64,000 nt of DNA from the NCBI GenBank assembly GCA_040285825.1, contig JAUPSS010000003.1, positions 3,472,001 to 3,536,000 on the forward strand, written 5' to 3'. Position 1 is the first letter of the stretch; each line of letters opens with the position of its first letter. The notes beneath the pieces are model-generated. The model was not told the origin of the DNA. It saw only the letters and a program-made list of their open reading frames with translations, and did no database searches. Source of the DNA: Eukaryota sp. TZLM1-RC (lineage: Eukaryota; Protista; Metamonada: BaSk clade). The position numbers and the translations under genes are program-made. Positions 11,048-21,900 of this stretch are shown one piece after another.

Positions 11048-14000
11048 GTAATTACTGGAGCCCGTAAGGAATCCATCCTGTCTCATGTCCCCGTCCAGAA
11101 TTCCGCGAACCTGATTGCTCCATATTTGAATCATACCGGTAGAGAGTCCGTCTCCCGATATGTAGAAGCATTGAAGGTTTACGCTCAGCGTATGTCTTGC
11201 CATGTCATGTCAGACATGACAAGATACCCTCCTGACGCTAACTCCCAGTCCCCATCCGCCAAAGAAGCCACCCGCTCCCCCTCCGCTCCCGACACTGACC
11301 CTACCATCTCCGCCATGTCTAAGGAGATAGAAGACTTGAGAAGCAGACTCTCCCAAGTCTCTTCTCAGTCCCAAGTTTTCGGTGAAGCCTCCGACTCTGA
11401 CACTGAGCCCATTCAAGCCAATGAGTGCTCTACCCCCGTTTCCTCTTGTCCTCTCAATGATCCTGCCGAAGACGCTGACCCTTTCCCATCTGATTCTCCG
11501 AACCACCCCGGATTAGCTTCATATGAGCTCCGAAGCAGTTCTGAAGAAGACCGCCTCTTCGAAGCCATGTTACCTTATGTTCCGTATACTATTGCTCCAA
11601 TTGTGATGGAAACATTTGAAATCTGCCATGGAATAGATCCTAGAAGTCCATCAGCCATCCTAACCCATCTCCTGTCCATGTGCCAACTCCAGGACCCTGC
11701 CAGCGTTTACCAGCGATTTCAGTCCCTCCGTCTTTCTCTCTCTGCTCCCACTGTTGACGAAGCTGTCACGTCTTACATTACCGAGTTCCTCAAACTCGTC
11801 CGACTCTGTCCCTCTCCTCTCCCTGAATCTGCAAGGATGAAGTTTTTCTCCAATGAAATCCGTCCTGATAAGCTCAAGATGATTATCAAAACGGACATCG
11901 AAGTTGGTACCATCTATAGCTTTGCCTCTCTCGTCTCCCGCCTCCGTGAACTCCTCCCTGCTTACCACCTCCCCTATTCGGCCTACTATGCCAATAGAGA
12001 TATTGCTCCTCCTCCTCCTAGAGACTCTCGCCCTCCTCGACGATCTTCCACTTCTCCCAGAACTACTAGACACCCTGCCTTCTCTTTCTTCTTCGGCAAG
12101 AACCTCCAAAAAAAATCTTCCACTTCTCCAACAACCTCTAGACACCCTCCTCGTAACTCTTCTTCCCATCCTGCTCCCTCTTCAGCCAAGCCATCCGCTT
12201 CCTCTCATTCTCAACGCTCTTCATATTCTACTCCTGCTCGTAGCTCTTCCGTGACCTGTTTCTACTGCAAAGAACCAGGTCATGTAATCAAGGATTGTCC
12301 TAAGTCTGGATGCAAAGCCAGCCAGAAGCCTCGTCGACGCCCTCTTGGAAAGAAACCCTCCCTTCAAAGGAAGCACTTCACCAGAAGAAGTGTAACTCAA
12401 GTAACTCATGCTGCCCATGATGACCGCCCCAACTCCGTGAACTCTATTATCGATTCCATCCAAGAAGCTATTCAAGAAGATGACCATATAGATGCTACTT
12501 ATCTTCATGGTTTGAGCTCTTCCTCCTCTTCCTCTGATAATGAGCCGTATAATGCCACTTTGAATCCTTTTTCTACAATAAACCATAGTACTTACTCTTC
12601 CTCTTTACATCAACACCCTGCTATAATACACCAGCAAACCGAAGATTTTCAGCACCTTTTCAATAATCTTGAATCTATTACCTCTGCCCTAGCTCCACGA
12701 AACAACGCCCTTATCTCTCCCTATCCGTCACCCTCTGATTCTGGATTGGACTCTTCCTCTGACTCTCTGTCCGAAGCGCCCGAAGTAGTTTCTAAAGTAG
12801 ACTCCAATAGCCACATGGTACCGCCAGGCAACGCTCCTTCCCGCCAAAATGGTTCTTTGCTGTTGGAAGCTAGTCCCGACCTCAGCTCCGAACCAGGGAT
12901 GATTGACGCAGACTGTGCTCGTTACGACGGTGGAGTAACGTGTGGACCTATGGAATCTCACTTTCAGAACTCTTCAAAAGCCAAAGACTCAGAGCCCTTA
13001 GGAACTGCTCCCGCCCAGAGTTTTGAACCTTCTGTCTCTTTATCGGCCCAGGAACTCAATAAGCCCTTGGATAAGAAGCTCCTTCATCTCAAGATCTATG
13101 TAGACCCTCAGACAATGCTCAATGGAATGGTAGACACTGGTGCTACCGTATCTTGTATTTCTCACGACCTTCTGAAACAAGCCAAGCTGAACTTAACCAC
13201 CAGGACTCTAGAAGTTGGATTAGCCGATAAAACCAAGCTCTCCTGTCCCCTTGCCACTGGAAAACTCGCTTTTGCTTTAGGTGGTGCTGCAAAGCTCACA
13301 TATGTAGATGTAACTCTCGCTGTCTTGCCCTGCTCGAACTCCTGCATTATAGGATGCGATCTATTAAGAAAGCTCGGCATTCTGACCCCCGATTACTTAT
13401 TCCTGAACCTCTCTGCTGGGAACCTTCAGATACTCGAAGATGAAGCCATCCCTGATGAATACATTCCATCCTCTAACCGAGTTTCCTCCGTTTCCTCTCT
13501 GCCTGATCTAGACAAGACTATCTTTAAGCTGAACGACCCGGAACTAGAAAACTCTGTTCGATCCCTCCTATTCAAGTATCCAGAAATTTTCTCGAAGCTC
13601 CCTGACCCCCAAGGAATTGACTGTCCTCCCATGCGAATTCCGTTCCATGATGAGTCCAAGATAGTGAGCAAGAAGTATCGCTATCTCCCTCCTGATAAGC
13701 TAAAGGTAGCTAACGAGGAATTCGACACTCTGATCAACAACGGTTTCGCTGTGCCTTATGATGGTCCCTGGAGCTCCCCAATTTGCCTCGTCCAACGCCC
13801 TGACAAACCCCCTAGATTAACCGGCGATTATTCTGGTGCCGATGGTGTTAACGAACTCTCCATCTCCGTTCCCGCTGACCTCCCTAGAATCTCTGATGTT
13901 TGCCATTTCCTATCTGGCAGTCACTATATTGCCACGCTAGACCTACCGAAAGCCTTTTGGCAGTTGAACTTACATCCAGATGACCAAGAGAAATCCGCCA

Positions 14001-14710
14001 TAGCTATCCCCGGCCGCAAGATCAAATACACCCGTGCTGCTTTTGGACTAAAGAATGTCCCCGCCATATTTCAGAACTTGATGAAGAAGGTATTTAAATC
14101 CGATGGTGTTTTTATCTACATGGACGACATCATCGTAGCCGCCTCCGATAAGAAGTCCTTCCTGTCCAGAATAGAATTCATCTTCAAGCAAGCCGCCAAG
14201 TATAGAATTCGAATAGGTCTTCACAAGTGCTCGTTCCAAACCAAGGAACATCCTATTAAAGTCCTTGGATCCATTTTTGAAAACGGCCAACGAAGAATAG
14301 ACCCCTCCAAGATCGTATCCATAACCAAGCTTGCCCCTCCCTCCTCTGTCCCCGAACTCAGATCTTTTATCGGATCTGTGAACTTTCTCCGTGATTGGTT
14401 GCCTTCTGTATCTGCTGAAATTGAACCTCTAACTGCCCTTCTCCGAAACAAGCCCAGAAGAGTACGATTAGGTCCCGCTGAACTCAAGAACTTTGAAAAC
14501 ATCAAGAACATGATAACTCGTAGCTTACCCCTTGCCCTTCCAGACTCTGATAGCAACATTTTAATCTCAACCGATGCCTCTGAAAAAGCCATTGCTGGAA
14601 TCATTTGGAAAGAACTGGAACCCTCTCCTCCCGGAACTTGTCTCTCCAAGCGTAAGGTGATGCCCATCTCATTCTACTCCAGAATCTTGTCCTCCTCCCA
14701 GCAACGTTGA
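11024..14710 (+). CDS. Gag-protease-RT-RNase H polyprotein (premature TGA within RNase H)
   Basis: CCHC knuckle CFYCKEPGHVIKDC, protease VDTGA, RT LDLPKAF and YMDD, RH STDAS. The frame continues past the TGA as STLQKELFAIV...FCDHKNL. Confidence 0.9.
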   Translation: MFSARKATVITGARKESILSHVPVQNSANLIAPYLNHTGRESVSRYVEALKVYAQRMSCHVMSDMTRYPPDANSQSPSAKEATRSPSAPDTDPTISAMSKEIEDLRSRLSQVSSQSQVFGEASDSDTEPIQANECSTPVSSCPLNDPAEDADPFPSDSPNHPGLASYELRSSSEEDRLFEAMLPYVPYTIAPIVMETFEICHGIDPRSPSAILTHLLSMCQLQDPASVYQRFQSLRLSLSAPTVDEAVTSYITEFLKLVRLCPSPLPESARMKFFSNEIRPDKLKMIIKTDIEVGTIYSFASLVSRLRELLPAYHLPYSAYYANRDIAPPPPRDSRPPRRSSTSPRTTRHPAFSFFFGKNLQKKSSTSPTTSRHPPRNSSSHPAPSSAKPSASSHSQRSSYSTPARSSSVTCFYCKEPGHVIKDCPKSGCKASQKPRRRPLGKKPSLQRKHFTRRSVTQVTHAAHDDRPNSVNSIIDSIQEAIQEDDHIDATYLHGLSSSSSSSDNEPYNATLNPFSTINHSTYSSSLHQHPAIIHQQTEDFQHLFNNLESITSALAPRNNALISPYPSPSDSGLDSSSDSLSEAPEVVSKVDSNSHMVPPGNAPSRQNGSLLLEASPDLSSEPGMIDADCARYDGGVTCGPMESHFQNSSKAKDSEPLGTAPAQSFEPSVSLSAQELNKPLDKKLLHLKIYVDPQTMLNGMVDTGATVSCISHDLLKQAKLNLTTRTLEVGLADKTKLSCPLATGKLAFALGGAAKLTYVDVTLAVLPCSNSCIIGCDLLRKLGILTPDYLFLNLSAGNLQILEDEAIPDEYIPSSNRVSSVSSLPDLDKTIFKLNDPELENSVRSLLFKYPEIFSKLPDPQGIDCPPMRIPFHDESKIVSKKYRYLPPDKLKVANEEFDTLINNGFAVPYDGPWSSPICLVQRPDKPPRLTGDYSGADGVNELSISVPADLPRISDVCHFLSGSHYIATLDLPKAFWQLNLHPDDQEKSAIAIPGRKIKYTRAAFGLKNVPAIFQNLMKKVFKSDGVFIYMDDIIVAASDKKSFLSRIEFIFKQAAKYRIRIGLHKCSFQTKEHPIKVLGSIFENGQRRIDPSKIVSITKLAPPSSVPELRSFIGSVNFLRDWLPSVSAEIEPLTALLRNKPRRVRLGPAELKNFENIKNMITRSLPLALPDSDSNILISTDASEKAIAGIIWKELEPSPPGTCLSKRKVMPISFYSRILSSSQQR

Positions 14711-14829
14711 TCCACCCTCCAGAAAGAGTTATTTGCTATTGTAATGACTCTCAACCAACCCAACTTGTCGTCTTTCCTGCTCACCAGACACCTGACAATC
14801 TTTTGCGATCACAAGAATCTTTCATACCC

Positions 14830-17067
14830 AGTCCATACGGTGAACAACTTTATGATTGGAGTCTTCATCCTCGATTCCACAAACATTCTGATCTACCTAG
14901 TTGTAATATACCAATAGGACCCCTCTACCCTGACTCAGATTACAAGATGTACCTGTTGAACCCATGTATCGACGTAACCACCTATATCCCTCTCTGTCTA
15001 TTGAAGCCCGTCATCCACCGAATCTACCATTATGACGACGATGAACTAACTCCTTGCTCCTTTGCCATCCCTGGAATAGAACTAGTCTATGGTCACCAGA
15101 TTGATCCCAGTGATCGATCGATTCACTATTACTTGAAGCCTCTTGATTACTCTTCCCTGTCTGAAGTTGATTTCAACAACCCTGATCCTGACTTCATCCA
15201 TGTTGATTCGATTACCTGTCCCCATTTTCCTAATCTACTAAACCTGTACTTTAATGGCCCCATTCAACACCATTCAAGATTGGATTTCATTCTCCAAGAT
15301 AAGCATCTCGAGATAGTTCCTCATCCTACCCGTTCTTATGCTTTCGCCTTGCCAGGATTCCCCGCAGACCAACCTAGGTACTACTTACCTTCCTCCAGAA
15401 GCGAATTGCCCTCCCGACTAGAAATATTCGAAGCCGACCCCGCCATGTTTAACCACGAACGGTTCCTCAAGGAACAAAGCATGTCTCCCACTGAAGATTT
15501 ACCTTCCCGCGAAGATCCTAATCAGCCCATTGATATTTCCTCCGATTCCTCTGACGAAGTCCACTTTGTCTCCACTATTACCTCCTCAAGTACCTCTGAT
15601 TCCTCTGTCCAAGAACTGCTCCCGTCTGGTCCTCCCAGCTCCCCTGTCGCTGCTTTCTTGAATAAGATCTTTAAGGACCAGCAGAAGGTGCCCGATAATG
15701 ATCCTCTGTTCAAAGACTGCATCATCGAAGCCAAATCCGGATTGAAGCTCAACAAATCTGGAAAGATCCTGATCCCTCCGTCCACACGTCCTGAGATCCT
15801 CTTACTCGTCCACGGTTCTATCGAAGCCGGTCACCCTCCCTTCGTTCAATGCTGGAAGTCCCTTCAACAATCTGACTTTCACTGGCCCAACATGCGTAAT
15901 GACTTGCAGACCCATGTTAGCTCTTGCATCCCTTGCCAGAAAACTGCCCCCGTCCCCAAGACCTCGATTTCTTCCACTGGATCTCTGAATTCCGTTCGCC
16001 GCCCTTTTGAGAGCTTACATTGTGACTCTATCGGTCCACTCTCAGCTGATACTTATGGTTATAAGTACGTAGTTCACTTCGTTGACGCTTTCTCCAAGTT
16101 TAGCATTCTCGTCCCTACCAAGGATCTTAAGGCCACTACTATTGTCAATGCTCTGATCTCCTCTGTCTACTCTGTCTTTGGTGCCCCTCGTAGTATTCAT
16201 TCTGATAATGGCCCTGAATTTGCCAATAAGATATTTAGTTTGTTGTGCCAATTCCTGAACATCGAACACACCCAATCCTTACCCCACTACCACCAATCCA
16301 ATGGCCTTGTTGAACGCCAACACCGAAGTTTCCTCCAGGTAATCCGACGTATGCTTCTTGATTTCTCAGATTACCACAATTGGTCTGACTATGTCCCTCA
16401 TTGCCAGATGGGCCTGAACTCCCAGGAAAGGAAAGCTCTGAACTCATCTCCGTATCCTCTCATCTTTGGATCCGACACCTCCCCTCGCCTGTTGCCCAAT
16501 CAGCTGCTGAACTCATTGTCCTCTCATCCCTTGCCTGCCGACAAGCCTGAGTTCATAGAACACCTAGTTACCCTTACGAAGAAACTATCAGTTTCATGGG
16601 ATGCTGTAATCCAGTCCTCTGCTCCTCCCCCCGTTGATTTACCTGAGCCTCCGTACATTCCCCAAGTCAATGATCGAGTTTTTGTTCTGCGCGAGAAGCC
16701 AGACAAACTCCACGGTCACTTTGTTGGCCCCTACACCGTTCTCAAAGTCCTCTCCTCTAGCTCTCTCCTGGTCCAGAACCCCGTTTCAGGCTCACCCCTC
16801 AAGACAGCCATTCACCTGGTAAAGCCCTGCTTGTCTTCTCTTCCACCCGAGATACTTAACGCTTATGTTGCCGCTGATTCTGGCGAGCTTATCCTGGACG
16901 CGATAATAGATATCTCCGACGATTCCGCCACTGTACTATGGTCTGATGGAACCACCACTGTACAGCCCGTCTCCTCCATCCGGAACACTGCAGCCTACTC
17001 CCGATACACCAAGCTTGCCGCCGATCCTCCTAAACCCCGCCGAAGAAGAAAGAGAAGGCAGTGTTAG
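14830..17067 (+). CDS. Unknown insert domain + integrase (HHCC, DDE) + chromodomain-like tail; shifted out of frame from ORF1, probably by a deletion
   Basis: H..AGH...CIPCQ, LHCDSIG, VDAFSKF, SDNGPEF, SNGLVER, GPY motif, then VLWSDGTTTVQP. The stop codon lies inside the 3' LTR. Confidence 0.88.
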   Translation, partial: SPYGEQLYDWSLHPRFHKHSDLPSCNIPIGPLYPDSDYKMYLLNPCIDVTTYIPLCLLKPVIHRIYHYDDDELTPCSFAIPGIELVYGHQIDPSDRSIHYYLKPLDYSSLSEVDFNNPDPDFIHVDSITCPHFPNLLNLYFNGPIQHHSRLDFILQDKHLEIVPHPTRSYAFALPGFPADQPRYYLPSSRSELPSRLEIFEADPAMFNHERFLKEQSMSPTEDLPSREDPNQPIDISSDSSDEVHFVSTITSSSTSDSSVQELLPSGPPSSPVAAFLNKIFKDQQKVPDNDPLFKDCIIEAKSGLKLNKSGKILIPPSTRPEILLLVHGSIEAGHPPFVQCWKSLQQSDFHWPNMRNDLQTHVSSCIPCQKTAPVPKTSISSTGSLNSVRRPFESLHCDSIGPLSADTYGYKYVVHFVDAFSKFSILVPTKDLKATTIVNALISSVYSVFGAPRSIHSDNGPEFANKIFSLLCQFLNIEHTQSLPHYHQSNGLVERQHRSFLQVIRRMLLDFSDYHNWSDYVPHCQMGLNSQERKALNSSPYPLIFGSDTSPRLLPNQLLNSLSSHPLPADKPEFIEHLVTLTKKLSVSWDAVIQSSAPPPVDLPEPPYIPQVNDRVFVLREKPDKLHGHFVGPYTVLKVLSSSSLLVQNPVSGSPLKTAIHLVKPCLSSLPPEILNAYVAADSGELILDAIIDISDDSATVLWSDGTTTVQPVSSIRNTAAYSRYTKLAADPPKPRRRRKRRQC

Positions 17068-17212
17068 CTGGAGCTAAACGTGACTTTCCTCTTTAGGAAA
17101 GAAGATCACGTCATCATTAGTTTAAATTCTAGTTATGTTTTATTTAGTTTGATTTCTTATATTCTGTTCATAAACTTCTGTTTTGTTTATGTTTAGTGCA
17201 CGAAAAGCAACA
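17062..17212 (+). repeat. 3' LTR
   Basis: Identical to the 5' LTR; preceded by the PPT AAGAAGAAAGAGAAGGCAG. Confidence 0.97.
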
Positions 17213-17523
17213 CTTTGTTTTTTCTTTGCTGGCATCTTTAGGTGAGGCTGTTATGGCTTTCCTTGAGGAGTTTGTTGTAGTTGTAAAGGAAAGAACTGGA
17301 AGAATTTTCAATCGTGTTTAGTGGCAAAACAGGATTTTATTTTCTATTTTTAAGGGAATGATGAAACTGATTTCTGATTCACTTTTTTCTTTGGGGAAAT
17401 TTTCAGAGTTTTTGACAATAAATTGTTTTGATGAAGGGGAGGTAGGATTTGAGGATGAGGAGTTTTAATTGTGTATTTTATGTTTTCATATTTGTTGTTG
17501 AATAAAGAAAAGTTCGTTAAAAA

Positions 17524-17675
17524 AAGGTATTGTGTGAAGAAGCTTCAACAAAAATTGACAGTAATATTTGAAGGCTTGGATTATGAAGTACGTCTTGGCA
17601 TGGCCAAACAAAAAAAATCCATTTTTGCAAATTTTTCTGGATGTTTGGCATAGTTTCTTCTTGTTTAGTTAACAA
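17524..17675 (+). mobile_element. RLE non-LTR fragment (older copy, right part)
   Basis: YCVKKLQQKLTVIFEGLDYEVRLGMAK directly continues the 9271-9495 piece, as in the uninterrupted copy near 46380. Confidence 0.75.
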
Positions 17676-18629
17676 GATGTTTGAAATTCAGAATTGTTAT
17701 CAAACGTACCCAATCAAAAAATAAAATCCTTTCAGTTCAAATCCTCACTCAATGTTGCAACAGATCGATTATTTTCTATTTTAAACCCATGTACCTCTGA
17801 AGGTAATTTTTTTCAACCAATAAAAATACATGATTAAATAAAAATAATTTGTACTCAAAATGTGTCATATTTTCGTCTTTCATGGATTTGAATGAAAATT
17901 TTTTGACCGGACTTGGTTGACACAGAACGCGATGTTCTGTCTCACAGCAGTCATTACACCAGATGCTACCAGTAACTCTTCTTGTTATTCTCTATGCCTT
18001 GCTGTAGATGAAAAAGAGGTCTTGAAAGTAGGCCATGGCTGATTTACTATTTTATCCTTTGAAGTAGGATAAACAATTTGAATACAACAATTGTATCTTG
18101 AAAACAATGAGATCCCAGTGTTTATCAGTGGCTTATTTGAATAAAGGTTATCTAAAAGCAATAAATTTCTGAACTCATCTCGAAGTTTGAGTTTTGTTTC
18201 AGCAAGCAAGTGATATGCTAAGCTGTTTAAAAAAGCCTGTTTCCTCATTTTAATAAATTTTTTGGCAACCAATAAAGTGTTTAAAATAGCAAAATTTTCA
18301 TAATACTGGACAACTTCCTTCCGATGTCGATAAAGAAATAACTCATTTACATCAATTTCACAGGGATGTGGGATTGGAAAAGGATTCCAAAATGTGATGA
18401 TCGCAAATCCAGCACATGTAATTTTGAAAATATTAGGCATAAAAACCAATTTTTTTACCATAAATAATTCTTAAAAATAAACTCAATAGATCTTTCTCAT
18501 AATCAATTATTTATTAAGACGTCAAAACCTGGTTTGTTGTGATTCGTCCATGGCAATACTCTAGTCGATTCCCCTAACTTACCAACATAGTTAATATTTG
18601 AGAAATGAAAAATGGTATCCCCATTACTG

Positions 18630-18925
18630 GTTTAAATTTATTAAACTTGCACACTTAACAAAATATACTTATAACTAATGGGATGAAATTCATTGAACCA
18701 AGATTTCCTCCACACAAGTTTGATCTGCTTGATCTCTAGCCAAAGCTTCTCTTATTCCATTGAAAAACCGAAAAAATCTATCAATTCTAGCAAATACAAT
18801 TTGAGAGTGCCATGAAAAGATATCAAATCTTTTCATTGTTTTTTCTTAAACCATTTTTTTGAAAATCATTAAAGTTTTTGCTTCTACTGATAGTTTTTCG
18901 TTTATCGAAAATGGGAAAATAAAAA
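18630..18925 (-). mobile_element. 3' end of an RLE non-LTR element (second subfamily)
   Basis: Reverse complement matches 57230-57520 (GATTTGATATCTTTT...TTGGTTCAATGA...AAGTGTG). Confidence 0.7.
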
Positions 18926-18949
18926 CTAGCTGTGTATTTCTACCAGCAT

Positions 18950-21530
18950 TGGCTGGTAATTTCATCTGATGACTGGGGAAATTACCTGTGTTTCTGACCC
19001 TGTTGCTGAAACGGGTGATCCGACTGTGAGGGGTCGTGCTCGAACTAGCTGATTCGTTTTCAGGAAGGGATGTTATTGATGATGTGTCCTCTTGTGTGTT
19101 TATATGCTTAATAGGTCTATACTGATCTCTGCCTTTATGTTTTCTAGAACGGCCACCTCAGCCCCTACTTCTAAAACTAGATACACTTCTATTACCACGA
19201 CCTCGGCCCCTTACTACAGTGCCACCTCTCGCAGGCGGATCACTTTCGCTGATCTTGAACCTCTGTTCTTTGGGTACCTTATTCCTGGTACAACGGGGGT
19301 CCTTACATTCAAATACCGTGTGGCCGATAGGGTTATTTTTTTGGTGACGTTGCAGAATGTGCAAAACTTAAAACCATCCCGTTCATGTCTTCCGTGGACA
19401 TATTGGGTTGGGGTAGTTCTTTTGGTTTCACCTCCTAAGCGTCGTTCAGAACCTGGACCAGATGGAGTTATTCCTCTAGAGTAAGTCCTCATGGTCGAGA
19501 GGCCTAATGAAATGTCTTCTCTTTCTGCTTGTTTCCTTAAAAGTTCCATGGTGTACCTGTTTCCCCACGTTTAACACCAAGCCAGGAAATGTTTTTTGAT
19601 GGTCGATATCAGGTCTAATAAACTTGTCCCTATGGAAGGATCCCAGAAATCTTCTCTTGTCCAGTGGCTTGATAGCTCCTTGGTGATGGCAAAATTATCA
19701 ATGTTCAAGAGAAAGTTTTCTGCAATGAGGGCGGGTGAAAAGGTTATTAAACCCCTGCTTCCCCTACTTGACACAGATAAAGAGGGATCAACCATGTAAG
19801 TGGTCATCCTCAGGACGTTTTTAAAATCTTCGACGAACCTACCAAATTCATTGTCAGCATCCATTCTGTTGTGAATATTTTTCCAATTTATACAGGGTTT
19901 TGCTAGAGCGGAGCAAGCCTCATGATAAGAAGTAAATTGCGTCCTGCTTAGCAGAAGGACCATTATATCTCCATCGGAGAAGTCCGGTCCCAAAAGTCCT
20001 TGACCTTGCCATCTAGAGATGAGATGAGGGTCAATCATACTTGATAAGCCGGACGGACAAATACTTATCATCATACTTCTAAACAAATCGTAATGATGAA
20101 TAGGGGGTCCCAGACGTTTTGTCAGTTCTGGTTTGATTCTTAAAAGTAGTTGTTTCATGTCCCTATCGATTTCTTTTCTGATATGAGCTGGGAGAGATAA
20201 GATGAGCTCAGGAGTAAACTGAGTCTTTTCTTCACCAAATATTTGGGTTGCTATCAACATAGCGCGAGACCAGTCAGATTGTCCTGAAGCTTCAAAGTTT
20301 CAATTGGCTATTTTACGCCCGTATTTGTCCCATGTTTGAAACTTAAGTAGAAAGGAGACGAGAAACATTTTATTGAGTGGGTTTTTCTCGGATAACTAAG
20401 GAGCTTTGTACTCTGCTGATTTAGACCGAGAGTCTATTCGTCTCTGAAAACTACTTGCAATACTCATGTCCAAAACATTCCTTCAAGATTGGAGGTCTTC
20501 CAAACGGAGAAGCTCGTCAGAAGGAATTCTTCTACGAAGAGGTTGAGGGGGAGGAGTTTCGTCTAAACCAGGCCCATTCAACTCTACTTCGTCTTCTGAT
20601 ACACTGCTACGCATGAATTGGGAGGAAGTTGATGGTTCCTGAACCACCCTGGTAATCACATGGACTGTTGGAATGTGTAAGGAAGTACATCAATAGAACA
20701 GACTTGTACCGGTTGCTCTTTCTCTGATAAAATGGGGGCAATCACCGAAAATTTTGGTCTCTAATGGAGCTCCGTTGATTGGTAGCCCGTTACCATCAAT
20801 CTAAACTTCTTCATTCTTGTTGTAGATTCCCCGAATTGCTGAATAAAGTTGTTTGGACGGCTGATAAATGTGGATACGCTTGAACGTTCCGTAAGTATGT
20901 TGTTAAGAGCGCCCGCCGTGTCAAAAAACTCGCTGACGGATTCCAGTTTGCTAGGATATACGCTGTCTACCTGTTCCATATACTCTTTGAAACAAGTCAA
21001 AGCCATGTCCGTAACCTCTGATCAGTTATGAATGATCGTGTCAAACCACAAATCCATCCATGACGAATCCATCCATGCCGGCAATTTTGTTTCCAGGAAG
21101 TCGTCGGTATCGGCTCTGCTCCTCCGTTCAATAGCTAGAAACTTGATCCTTCTCCCGTATTGATTCAAGTGAATGGCTTCCCAATCAAGTCTGTCTTTGA
21201 TTGGTTTTGCCAAAATCTCATGGGTTTCTTTGTCCATGCCGGTTACTCTGGGGCGGCGTTCCGCGCCACGTCCGCAGATGTTTCTGCTCAGAGTGTTTAA
21301 TGCCTTAATTAACTCTATCCTCTCATTTTGAGGGATCTCATCAACTCTGTTAGGGTTTCCTCTATGGCCCAGAATTTGAAATCCCACATTTCTTCCTGTT
21401 TTAGGAATTAGCTTCCTTCAAGCAGGGAGCTGCTCAAACAGACAGTAATCTGTAGGTTCGATATAAGCTTCCGCGTTCTTCATAATTTGCCGGCGAAGTT
21501 CTTTCTGTTCGTCATCCAGTCCAACTTAAT
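18950..21530 (-). mobile_element. Decayed gag-like retroelement region
   Basis: Broken ORFs with a frameshifted Zn knuckle (CTFC...GHTVFEC). Related sequence at 61420-61900; similar organisation at 47525-49497. Confidence 0.55.
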
Positions 21531-21589
21531 GCCACAAAAAGATTCATGAACGGGACCACCCCCCTCCCCACCAAAAAAACGCAAATGTT

Positions 21590-21900
21590 GGTCCAAGTTC
21601 TGAAACTTCGACAGTCCTTCAAGGGTATGAAGAATTTCAGTCCGTTTTAGACGAACTGGATGACGAAGAGAAAGAACTTCGCCAACAAATCATGAAGGAT
21701 CCGGAGGCTCACCTTGAACTTACAGATTACTGTTTGTTTGAGCAGCTCCCTCGTTTATGGAAGCAAATTGCAAAGACAGGAAGATGGCTCCAGTGATGGA
21801 TTCTACAAACTCCTAACAAGGGCACGGAGCCTTACCTAGAATCAATGGACTTTTATCCATTCGAGCAGCTCCCTTTCTTATGGAGCCAAGCACGAGAAAA
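21590..21900 (+). mobile_element. Oppositely oriented diverged copy of the same element's 5' region
   Basis: 21645-21785 is an imperfect inverted repeat of 21390-21530. Confidence 0.55.

Larger units (their letters stand above)
10897..17212 (+). mobile_element. Ty3/Gypsy LTR retrotransposon (chromovirus-like)
   Basis: Identical 151 bp TG...CA LTRs, 4 bp TSD CTTT, polypurine tract before the 3' LTR, domain order gag-PR-RT-RH-(insert)-IN-chromo-like. Confidence 0.97.
9496..17523 (+). mobile_element. 5'-truncated RLE-type (CRE/R2-like) non-LTR retrotransposon, interrupted by the Gypsy element
   Basis: End of RT (FKFLGCWLG, GGIGF), CCHC finger (CKCG...HFLNC), RLE (R.DL..., K.K..Y, CPFVFSL), A-rich tail. 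Flanked by AAGGTAATGTGT (9484-9495) and AAGGTATTGTGT (17524-17535). Confidence 0.8.

Noticed and set aside
14708-14710. TGA at a Trp position suggesting UGA=Trp or programmed readthrough
   Set aside because: Host genes use TGG for Trp and TGA as stop (calreticulin, calpain). A TGG>TGA mutation is simpler, and the frame is broken again ~120 nt later.
11210-16822. Many short antisense and alternate-frame ORFs over the Gypsy element (and similarly over calreticulin)
   Set aside because: Shadow ORFs caused by strand compositional bias; no recognisable motifs.
17985-18461. 158 aa minus-strand ORF
   Set aside because: No recognisable family. It lies among decayed elements, so I cannot support it as a gene.
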